This document shows positions 26,328 to 37,289 of a stretch of DNA of 64,000 bases, piece after piece (the stretch's first letter is position 1; each line of letters begins with the position of its first letter). The translations under genes were made by a program, and so were the position numbers. The notes beneath the pieces were generated by a model, which did no database searches, was not told the origin of the DNA, and worked only from the letters and a program-made list of their open reading frames with translations. The stretch lies in NCBI RefSeq assembly GCF_963921235.1, contig NC_086097.1, forward strand, positions 66,466,001 through 66,530,000, read 5' to 3'. The stretch comes from Mobula hypostoma. Its lineage: Eukaryota.

Positions 26328-29300
26328 GGCGAGACAGAACTTCAGGCAAGACTGGAGTTACCGACAAGACAAGGCAAGGCAAGGCAAGGCTTCAGGCGAG
26401 GAAACAGAAGGCAGGGGAAGGAATACAAGGAGTAAGGACAAGAACAATCCAGCGGCCACACCCTGGTCTCTGGAGGTATTTATGCAGCCAGCCCCAACTA
26501 GCATCAGCTGACTCAGTTAGAACTCAACAAGACAGAAACAGGGTAGATAGGAAAACCTGGAGCAAGGGTCGATGGACCGGACTGTGAACTGGAATATGGA
26601 CTTCACGGACCGGACTATGACAGTACGTAAAAAAAAATCTATGTCCATTACACAGAAATGATTTCCCTATGTATTCCTCCCATATATATATTCTCATTTA
26701 GGTGGGGAAAAAGGAATGAATGAATGAATTAAAAAAATTGAGTAATATAAAATCCATATTATAATACCTATTTCTTGAGATAAGTATATCACCGTTTATT
26801 TTTGCTTCCGTTTAGTTTATCAGCACTTTTAAAGTTAGCAAAACCTTATGGCTCTTCTGGAAGAGGTGAGGGCTGTCTTCAGAGAACTCACAGTCTCTTT
26901 CTAATATCCTTCTCTCGTCCTCCTCCCGTCCCCTGCTTTCTCGGTTCTCTTACTATTTCCCAAGCAGTCGGGATAACTGCTCAGCCAACTTTCCCTTAGT
27001 TTGACCACACTAATAGGCAGTCCTCTGTTGTTCATGTCTATAGTTGCCTCTTCCACTGTCTGATATAGCTGTATCTCTCCTCTGTAAAATACTCTCAGTT
27101 TAGCAGGGTATGAGGTTTGGAATTTAATCTTTTCTTGCTTTAATATTCGTTTCGCTCCAGAATATTCCTTCCTTTTCTGTAGGACCGCCGGGGGGTGATC
27201 ATGATCGAAGTATACTAACTTCCCGTTCCAAAACACCCTCTTCTTACCCCAGGCCCTTCGTAGAATCTCCGCCTTGCTCTAGAATCGAAGGAATCTAAGT
27301 ACTATTGAGCGCGGCTTACTTTCTCTGTCTCTGGGAGGCCTCGGGACGAGCGCACAATGCACCCTCTCAATTTCAATCCCCATAGTCAGAGGAATCTCCC
27401 GCGCTTCCTGCAGCAACTTTTCTACAAACTCCATCATCGACAGTCCCTCCGCTCCTTCTGGCACATTATAAATCCTGATATTTTTCCGTCGCGATCTTCC
27501 CTCCTGTTCAAGCAATTTACTTTCCTATTGATTTAATGGTTTTATCGCCTTACTTTTGCACGCGATCTTCCACCTTCTCAATTTGAGTCTCTGCCACCGC
27601 TATTTTCTGATTGATGTTGGCGAGCTCTGACTTGATACCATTGAGTTGCTGTTTTATATCTTTTTGGACTTCCCTTATCTCTTCCAAAATCTTTATCATA
27701 TTTGCTGCTTCGCCTAAACGAGGCCTAGTGTCAGCTTCACCACCACGTGCACGTGTAGAAGAGCCGCTCGCTGCACCTTTCTCTTCCGTTGGCTCTGCAG
27801 TGATGATTTTTTTATCTCCGTTCTTTTTCCCCATTCTTGCTCCCCTTATCAATTCAGATATTTTCGAAAGATCTTATATTTGATGGATTAATGGGGCAAA
27901 GCATGCATTTTTCCGGAGGAGCTGTTGATTTAGGTGGTTGATTCTGGACGATGATGTCACCGGAACCCATCGATTGCTGATATTCTTGAATGTTTTTATT
28001 TGTTGTTTTGTGTATTAAAAAGCTTTACTAAAATTAATTTGTGTTTTAATTTCTACAGTAACAACAACCCTGATTTAGCACGATCCCGCTTTTTTCATGA
28101 TGACATTTTATGGACCCAAACGATCGCGTTATAACGGGATTTCACTGTATCCACTTTTGATCATCTCTGTAGTCCCTCACCAAGAGTGCTTGCACAGGAG
28201 TGAAACATCGAATCTCTTTGTTTGAGGAGTCCTGAATTTGTCTCAGTTGCTTGTCCTGCATAACTCCTTTTGAGATTGGGTTTGGGGATATCTAAGCTTG
28301 AGTGCAAGGAAGGACCCAGGAACAGAATAGCTGATGAGTTATTGGTTGTGGAGTGTGCTGTACAGTGATATGCAAGGAGGAAATTGGCAAGCTTCTGATT
28401 CAGTGTTAGTGTATTTTGTTCTGCTGACGTTGCTCACCGTACATTCTTTAGACTCTGGACAAACCTCTCCACCAAGCCATTTGTAGCTGGGTGGTACAGT
28501 GTAGATGTAATATGTCTTATCCCCTTCATTTTCAGAAATGATTGAAACTGTTCCACAACAAATTATCGTCCATTGTCACTGACTAAGTGCTCTGGAACAC
28601 CAGTCCTTGAGAAGAGGCTTAAGACATATAAACAGTATTGGAAGCTGTGGGGAACACTTCTGGCCACTTAGTAACTGCATCAAGTTCTACCATGAAATTT
28701 GTGCCATGAATGGTTTGGCAAAATCCACATGAATCCACTGCCAGGGCAATGCAGGCCACTCCCTGGGGTAGAGAGGCACTGCTTTTGGCATCTTCTGAAT
28801 ATGTTAGCATCCCAAACAGTGCATGGCAAGCTGCTCTATCTGTTGATCTATCCCAGTCCACAAGGCAGCTTCAAGCCAATGCTTTCATTTTGATGACACC
28901 TAGATGACATGTAGCTCCTCCAATATTTCAGCTCTGTTTGGATGATATAACAACTCTCAATCCCCACATAAAGAAACGCCCATCAAGGGCAAGTTCACCC
29001 CAGCACTGGTAAAAATAGAGGAAATGGAATTTCTGCTGCATATTCCAGCCACTTTGGGTTACTGTGTAGACCAGGGACAGTGTGGGGTCTTTTCTAGTTT
29101 CCCTTTGGATTATCTCTGCCATAATAGGGAGACTTTTGATTTGTATTAGGGAGTATACTTCAAGAAGGTCGTCTTCTTTTGTAATTGTTTCAAATATTTC
29201 CTTTTCCAAAGGTAAATAAAACAATCCATCAGCATTTCCATGATTAGTTGTCCTCTTGAATTCGATCTTGTGATTGTGTTGTCCACAATCTGGAGAACTG

Positions 29301-31983
29301 CTGCTGCTGTCAGTAGTAGACACTTCTGTGGATTGAAAATGGACACTAGTGGTTGATAGTCAGTAATGAGGGTAAATTTTCTTCCATACAAGTACTGGTT
29401 GAAACATTTTACACCCCAAACCAGACTCAAGGCCTCTCTGTCAATCTGTGTGCAATTTTTCTAGTTGGGGTTGGGAATGTGATGAAAGAGTTTGAGTGTT
29501 GGAAGTGATGGTTCACTTCCATCACATAACATGTGACATGGCTGCACTTATACCATAACTGTGACACATCCTTTGACCTTAGGGTATCCACACACTTATG
29601 GAATGCTGTGACCACAGTAAGTGATGCTTGATCAAAAGAATTCACACTTTTTGTATTATCTCTGAGTCCATAATCTTTTTTCTTTTAACAGTGTTTTGAG
29701 ATGTTCGAGATGTTTCTTGTCATCTTCATGGGTAGCAATGATGTCATCCAGGTAATACTGAGTGCCTGGGCAGCCTTGCAGCACCTTGTCCACAGCTTTT
29801 CCAGAGTGTAGGTGTACATGATACTCCAAAAAATAAGCCCATTATAGTGATAAAGCCCTTTGTGAGTGTTTATGGTGAGAAACACTTTGGACTTTTCCTT
29901 CATCTCCCTCTGTAGGTAGGCTTCAGCTAAGCCCACTTTGCTGAAGTGTTTCCCTCCAGAAAGGTTTCCAAAAATATCCTCAATCCTAGGCAGAGGGTAT
30001 TATTCTACTTTCAGTACTCGGTTGATGGTGACCTTAAAATCACTTCAGATCCTGAAAGACCCATTCTTCTTGGCTACTGGGTCCTCTGGTGTTACCCATG
30101 GGCTCCACTCAACCTTGGAAAGAATTCATTCAGCCTCCATGCAATCTAGCTCACTGGCTACTTTATCATGCAAGGTATAAGGAATTGGATGGGCTTTGTA
30201 AAACTTGGGTGTGGCATTTTTACATAACACTATGTTACCCTCGATGTGTTTCAGTTTTCCAATGCCATACTTGAGCATTACAACTGTGTTATCCAGTACC
30301 TTTTTTAATTCACTGTCAGTTGACTCTATTGCAGGGGATGTGGCATGCAAATGTTGAATGGATCTCCCATCAAGATGTAGGTGTCTCAGCTAATCCCGGC
30401 CCCACAATGCTATTTTTACCACATACGTGCCGAATATGGCTTGTAGGTTATTGTATTTCACTGTTACAAATGTCATTCCCACAAGAGTTATCTTTTCTCC
30501 AGTATAAGTTCTTAGCAGGAGATCTTCAGTATCTTTGAAATGCTGTGCAATGACCGAAACAGCCGAGCCAGTGTCTAATTCCATTTTAATTAATTTGCCT
30601 TTCACTTCTGATGTAAACCATATTGCTTGTCTCTTATTAGTCTTCTTATTGTAAATCTCAAGGCTAGCCAGTCCTTTGTCACTCTCATCATTGTCAGAGC
30701 AGCAGCATGCAGATTAATGCTCTCTTTGAAGCTCCAATGTGACTGTTTTATTTTTTCTCTTCCTTGTGCAGTCCATTTATTTTTTGTCTGCCCGACAGGC
30801 CCTTTTATGTGTCCTATTTTGTTGCATTTTCTGCAAGTTTTGCCTTTAAACCTGCATTGGTCTGGTGTATGTGAGCCCCTGCCACAACGGTAACACAATT
30901 TGTTTGGCCAGACAGGCTACTGTTTAGATGTTACAATTTGTTTACGCACTATCATTCCTGACTACAATTCTATCACATCTCTTGCTGTTGTTTCCATTGA
31001 TACAGCGATTTCAAATGTTCTTTTAAATGTGAGTTGTGCTTCAGTTAGGAACCATTTTTGAATGCTTTCTTGTAAATTCCACAAACTAAACGATCTTCCA
31101 GTGCATCATTAAACCTATCACTGATCTAACTATGATCAGACAATTTCTTCAATTCAGCCATATAAGCTGAAATAGACACCCCTTTGTTTTGATTCCATTT
31201 ATGAAACCTGAAACATTCTGCAATCAACAATAGTTTCAGTTCTGAATGTTCCTGCATTACATTGACGATATCAGCAAACTCCTTTTGGCTGATTTGGTTG
31301 GAGAAGTTAAACTTCTAAGCAAACTTCATGTTTTTCTACCTGGTGTACTCAGCAACACTGGCATTCATTTTTCATTAGCTAATTTATTTGCTTCAAAATA
31401 CTGCACAATTTGTTGAGTATACATCATGTAGTTATATGTTGTGCATTCCAATGTGTCTATCTTTTAGATGTTGCCAGCTATTTCTACCTTTTAAACATTT
31501 ATTGTTATCACCCAGGATTCACTGTTTATGAACCCATGAATTTTGTACATTTTATGCTTTTTTTAAAACACAAACTCTTTTGAAGAAAAAAAACATACTG
31601 CATTTTTTTGTTTTGAACTCTAATGTCTCTCCCTCCTTTCAAAGAAAGGTAGTTGGCTTGGTTTCATTTTAAGACTTTCACATTGCCAGCTTTATGTTTT
31701 TTAACTCCAGAAATGAATCAAAACAAAACCATGGGAACCGGTAAATCGGTCCACTTTATTTTTACTTTGCTTTTCTTGTATTTTTCCTGTAATGAATTAT
31801 GTAAACAAAGAAGAATGCTTAATCAAATAACATATTTACAATGTATCTCCAGTATTGCTGAAATATTAAATACACTACATGAATATTCATTGATAGGTAT
31901 AATTGAAGTACTCACAGACTATTCAAAAATGCCTATAATTCGTATCCATGTTTTCATCGCAAACATGTACTCTAAATAATGTA

Positions 31984-33140
31984 AGCAACACACACAAAAT
32001 GCTGGTGGAACGCAGCAGACCAGGCAGCATCTATAAGAAGAAGTACAGTCAACATTTCGGGTTGAGACCCTTCGTCAGGACTAACGGAAAAAAGAGATAG
32101 TAAGAGATTTGGGAGGGGGAGGGAGAGACCCGAAATGATAGGAGAAGACAGGAGGGGGAGGGATGAAGCCAAGAGCTGGGAAGTTGATTGGCAAAAGGGA
32201 TACAAGGCTGGAGAAGGGGGAGTATCATGGGACGGAAGGCCTTGAAAGAAAGAAAGGGGGAGGGGAGCACCAGAGGAAGATGGAGAACAGGCAAGGAGTT
32301 ATTGTGAGAGGGAAAGAGAGAAAAAAATTATTTAAAAAAATAAATTAGGGATGGGGTAAGAAGGGGAAGAGGGGCATTAACGGAAGTTAGAGAAATCAAT
32401 GTTCATGCCATCAGGTTGGAGGCTACCCAGACGGAATATGAGGTGTTGTTCCTCCAACCTGAGTGTGGCTTCATCTCGACCATAGAGGAGGCCATAGATT
32501 AACATATCGGAATGGGAATGGGACTTGGAATTAAAATGTATGGACACTGGGAGATCCTGCTTCCTCTGGCAGACACATTTACTGTCCTCTACTGTTGAGA
32601 TGAAGCCACACTCAGGTTGGAGGAACAACACCTTATATTCCGTCTGGGTAGCCTCCAACCTGATGGCAGGAACATTGATTTCTCTAACTTCCGTTAATGC
32701 CCCTCCTCCCCTTCTTACCCCATCCCTAATTTTTTATTTTTTTTTAATTTTTTTTTTCTCTCTTTCCCTCTCACAATAACTCTTTGCCTGTTCTCCATCT
32801 TCCTCTGGTGCTCCCCTCCCCCTTTCTTTCTTCCAAGGCCTTCCGTCCCATGGTACTCCCCCTTCTCCAGCCACGTATCGCTTTTGCCAATTAACTTCCC
32901 AGCTCTTGGCTTCATCCCTCCCCCTCCGGTCTTCTCCGATCATTTTTGGTCTCCCCCTACCCCTCCCACTTTCAAATCTCTTACTATCTCTTTTTTCCGT
33001 TAGTCCTGACGAAGGGTCTCGACCCGAAATGTCGACTGTACTTCTTCCGATAGATGCTGCCTGGCCTGCTGTGTTCACCAGCATTTTGTGTGTGTTGCTT
33101 GAATTTCCAGCATCTGCCTATTTTCTCATGTTTGTATCTG
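31984..33140. mobile_element. Penelope-like element 3: palindromic (about 500-bp arms), second pLTR subfamily; hammerhead motifs at 32047-32082 (-) and 33002-33037 (+)
   Basis: Inverted arms encode EATLRLEEQHLIFRLGSLQPDG; 11-bp TSD taaataatgta at 31973-31983 and 33141-33151. Confidence 0.88.
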
Positions 33141-33163
33141 TAAATAATGTACTTTTTTTTTAG

Positions 33164-33283
33164 GCACTAAAAGACTATGGAATAGTCCAGCTTCTTGGGA
33201 GCAGAAAGAAATTGAATTTGAAAGTATTAATTAATCGTGGTCTCCTATATTTGAGAATGGAAGATTACTACAATGCATCACAG
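33164..33283 (+). CDS. TTC6: TTC6-like internal exon (0-0): ALKDYGIVQLLGSRKKLNLKVLINRGLLYLRMEDYYNASQ
   Basis: Acceptor ttttttttttag| and donor CAG|gtcagt; 120 nt; ALKDYGIV and NRGL.Y match TTC6 as I recall it. Confidence 0.88.
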
Positions 33284-33419
33284 GTCAGTACACCAAAGAA
33301 AAGAGAAAAGTATTGTAAAATTTTGGGTATTAAATAAAAGATTTGGTAGAATGGCTTCAATGATAAGTGTTTGTAGAACAAAGGAGGTTGAGAAGAGATA
33401 TTATCGAGTATCATAGAGT

Positions 33420-36090
33420 TAAATCCAGACTGGTGTGCTCTATCATTATGGGGAACATAAGATCACTGGCAAATAAAATGGAGGAACTAGCAATAAGCAT
33501 GAGGACACAGAATGAATATCGGGAGTGCAGTGTTATGCGTTTCACCAAGACATGGTTACACGAGCAAATCCTGGATTTCAACACTACTGTGAATGGATTT
33601 TCAATGCTACGAGCGGTCAGAGTTAATCTACTGTAAGTTTAAGAGAAGGGGAGGTGGGCTTGCTGTGCTTGTGAACAACAGGTGGTGTAATCCCGGTCAC
33701 ATTTCTGTGAAAGAATGAATCTACAGTCCAGACATTGAACTGCTTGCTGTGAGTTTGTGTCCGCTTTGTCTACTGCATGAGTTCAGCCACACCATATTGT
33801 TCGTTGTCTACATTTCCCCTTCCCACCACAGTGCTGATGCTGTGTATGACGTCATACACGCTACTATCACGAGACCCCAGACTCAACACTCCAATGCGTT
33901 CATTGCAGTATCAGGAGTCTTCAACCATGTTTCTCTCTCGACAACCCTACCCACCTTACCTTCAGTTAGTTTGTCAAGTGTCATATAAGAGAAAATAAAA
34001 CATTGGATCTCTTGTATGCAAATGTTAAAGATGCACACAGCTCCACATCTCTCCCCTCACTGGAAGGTCAGATCACAACATGGTTCACTTTATGTCCTTG
34101 TACTGCAACAGCTGGTTATCACCAAGACAGTACAGAAATGGTCTCCAGAGGCCATCAAGGCCTTGAAGGGCTTCTTTGAGGTTACTGACTGGAATGTCTT
34201 TGTGAACCATATGGGAGGACATTAACGGACTTACTGACTGCATCACAGGCTACATCAACTTCCATGTGGACACTGTAATACCATCAAGGACTGTTCGCTG
34301 CTTCCCTAACAAACCATGTGTCAGCAATCATCTGAAGGCTCTTCTTAACCACAAAAAGAGAGCCTTTAGATTAGGAGACAGGGAGGAATTGAAACATGTG
34401 CAGAGGGAGCTAAAGGAGATCAATCAGAATCAGGTTTATTACCACTAGCGTGTGATGTGAAATTTGTTAACTCAGCAGCAGCAGTTCAATGCAACACATA
34501 ATATAGAAGAAAAAAATAAATAAGTAAATCTTATTCAGTATACTTTATACAGTATACATATATTGAATAGATTAAAAGTCATCCAAAAAAGAGAAATACT
34601 AAATATTTTTTAAAAAGTGAGGTAGTGTCCAAGGGTTCAATGTCCATTTAGGAATTGGATGGCAGAGGGGAAGAAGCTGTTCCTGAATCGCTGAGTGTGT
34701 GCCTTCAGGCTTCTGTACCTCCTACCTGATGGTAACAGTGAGAAAAGGGCATGCCCTGGGTGCTGGAGATCCTTAATAATGGACACTGCCTTTCTGAGAC
34801 ACCGCTCCTCGAAGATGTCCTGGGTACTTTGTAGGCTAGTACCCAAGATGGAGCAGACTAAATTTACAACCCTCTGCAGCTTCTTTCGGTCCTGTGCTGT
34901 AGCCGCCCCCACCACCACCCCACCCCTCCATATCAAGGTCACTAAAGAGGAATACAGGGGAGAACTGTAGAACAAACCTGGGCAGAGTAGCACTAGGGAG
35001 GTGTGGAGAAGCTTGAAGAACATCACTGGCTTCAATCAACCTAGTTGTAGAGCCTCAGAATGCAACCATGAATGGGCTAATGAGCTAAACTAAGTCTTAA
35101 ATAGGTTTGACAATTGCCCTCCTGTTCACACCACCCTCAGCACATCAGTCCAGGTGCTGAGGCACCCAATGCTCCCTTAGCACCAATGCCTCCCTGCCTT
35201 CCTCCTCCGTTCAACACACGGATGAACAACGTAGGCTACCACTGTCTACATCCCCTCCTTGCCCAGCGCCTACCATCCATACCTCCACATACCAACTGCT
35301 ATCATCCCGAGTTCCCCCAACTCCCCCCCGCAAGCCTCCACCTTCCACCAACTCCCCAATCATCATCATCGATTCACCTTCACTACTGAGCAGGTGAGAA
35401 GGGCTCTGGGGAAACTCGGACCCAGCAAAGCATTGGGACTGGATGGTGTGAACCCCAAGGTGCTGAAGGAGTGTGGTGAGCAGCTGTGTGGAGTTCTCCA
35501 GTGCATTTTCAACCTGAGCGTCAGCCTGGGATGGGTCCCGACTGTGTGGAAAACATCGTGTGGTCCCAGTACCCAAGAAGGGCCAACCAAAAGTCTGGAA
35601 TAACTACCGTCCAGTGGCCCTGACCTCACACATTATGAAGACCCTAGAGAGGCTGGTCCTGGTTCACCTCTGACAGCTGGTCAGATCAGCCCTCGATCCC
35701 CTGCAGTTTTCCTACAGTCAACTGGACACACTGGAGGCTGTGGTAGAACAAAGGGTCCTATGGAAAATCCTGGCAATTCTGGACAATGTTCCTCTCACTC
35801 TGCATGCCACCTTGGCTGAGCAGAGGAACACTTTAGTAATAGACTAAGACAACTGTACTGCTCCAAAGAACGCTGTATGAGGTCATTCTTATTTATCCTT
35901 GGCCATTAGGCGCTATAATGAGTCAACCTATAGCCAGGGAAGCGATGACCCCCTTCTTTTAGACTGTTTGAGGTAATTTATTTTTTTATTCTTTCTTACT
36001 TCTCTTCTAATATTTGTCTGTCTGTGTACTTGTAATGTTACTGGGACACTGTAATCTCCTTTGGGATCAATAAAGTATCTATCTCTCTAT
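33420..36090 (+). mobile_element. Degenerate Rex1/Babar LINE (APE endonuclease to RT, internally deleted)
   Basis: IIMGNIRSLANKMEEL..RECSVM.FT.TWL; FT.EQVRRAL..L.PSKA.G.DGV; ends ggatcaataaagtatctatc. Confidence 0.82.
34423..34930 (-). mobile_element. 5'-truncated Rex1/Babar copy of the same family as 2101-3676, nested in the previous element
   Basis: Near-identical to 2110-2600; AGAATC tail; short atcaa repeat at both flanks. Confidence 0.85.
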
Positions 36091-37001
36091 CTTAATGTCA
36101 GTTTGTACATTTAAGGGGGAAATAGATTGTGAATGGTATGAATGCTGGGCACTAAGTCAATCTGGGAAATTTAACATGGAGAAGTAAGTTCCAAAGAGGT
36201 TGAACATAGCATGATATTTCAGCTGAAAACTTGCATTGCAGAATGAGCCTTGTCCATAACTATTTCAGAACAGTAACAATACAAGCAGCAATCCAAAAGT
36301 TGGTAAATTTGCCAGCCACATCTCGGCAACTAAATTGGGCAAATACAATTTAGCTAATTGCTGCTGCATGAGGGATTCCCTCTTAAAAGCAAAAGTATGG
36401 ACACTGAGTGCAATCAAACAGCACTCATTCATCAAGGTACTTCTAACATGTAATTCTAGCTTTATTAGAACCACTTGACTCCACCTCATTTGTGTATCTC
36501 AAGGATAAAATAATTGAATTCAAGAAGCAAGGGGGGAAGAATTATCTCTTTTTATTTAACCATGTATTTATTCAATCTTTTCCTAATTTTAAAGTTTTGG
36601 AATAACAATTTTAACAGTACATTAACCTTTCAAATAGTTTCTGAATCTCTTAAGTGTTTGTAATCTTCATCTCTTTGAGAGTTTTGACAACAGGTAAACA
36701 CTGCAAACACTCAGCAAGTCAGCCAGCATCTGTGAAAAGAGACAATGAGATAAAATTTCAGGTCAAAGACCATTTTCAATTAACCATCTTTACACTGATG
36801 TTGCCTAATATGCATTGCTTTTATCACTTTAGATTTCCAATATCTGCAGGTATTTGGGATCCCTTTTACGGTAAGTGCAGCCTTAAGGACAAACAATTAG
36901 CATTCAGTGAACAATCTGGGAAATTAAATAATCTGAAACTGAATTATTAACCCATCTTCCCATAAGATTATTTATTTGACTGAAGATATTTTTATTTATA
37001 G

Positions 37002-37075
37002 GATTTTAAAGCAGCAATTGTAGAAGACCCTAAAAATCCTTTCATTCATCATGCAGTGGCAATCTGCTATCATAA
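37002..37075 (+). CDS. TTC6: TTC6-like internal exon (0-2): DFKAAIVEDPKNPFIHHAVAICYH(K)
   Basis: Acceptor tttttatttatag| and donor AA|gtaagt; 74 nt; the phase-2 end matches the next exon. Confidence 0.85.
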
Positions 37076-37289
37076 GTAAGTTGCAATAAGTGTTACTGTA
37101 AGCAGCTGCTTATGCAATCTTCTTGAGGTTTCTATAGAAACCTTTGAAAGTTCTATTTTCAGTTTGCAAACAGATGAGAAATATCTTACTGTATAAAGTT
37201 GTAATATTAAACAATTGAAAATTTCTCCTGGAATTGGGAGAGGATAAATGAAGCTCCAATAATATTTCTTCCCAATGGTTCAGCATCTA

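Larger units (their letters stand above)
24798..26622. mobile_element. Solo LTR or internally deleted LTR element in the L1 inter-ORF region
   Basis: TGTCATA...TATGACA termini; 5-bp TSD gtaag/gtacg with one mismatch; L1 sequence on both sides. Confidence 0.7.
18746..27971 (-). mobile_element. Full-length, disrupted L1-clade LINE with 16-bp TSD gattgct(a/g)atattctt
   Basis: ORF1 pieces 27550..27852, 27279..27515 and 26901..27236; ORF2 from about 24560 (NIYAPP, SDH, KSPGSDG, CWRNCG..HIFWECP); TSD at 18730-18745 and 27972-27987. Confidence 0.9.
17822..28147 (+). mobile_element. Tigger/pogo-type DNA transposon, internally deleted, TA TSD, hosting an L1
   Basis: TA|cagtgaaacccc... and ...gggatttcactg|TA terminal inverted repeats; ORF 18325..18717 resembles a Tigger transposase C-terminus. 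Confidence 0.82.
17511..31879 (-). mobile_element. Degenerate Gypsy LTR retrotransposon split by nested insertions; LTR remnants at about 17511-17640 and 31691-31879
   Basis: Gag zinc knuckles CYRCGRGSH..C..CRKCNKIGH (30602..30898); protease MELDTGSAVSVI; RT, RNase H and integrase fragments; integrase tail DYRDDQKW (about 28160) rejoins LGRIKDKTGPPSYTV (about 17800); both ends share ttatgtttt..aac.ccagaaa. Confidence 0.85.

Noticed and set aside
36690..36850. Short old Penelope-derived remnant, with a similar one at about 47755-47880
   Set aside because: Too degenerate to define boundaries or a hammerhead core.
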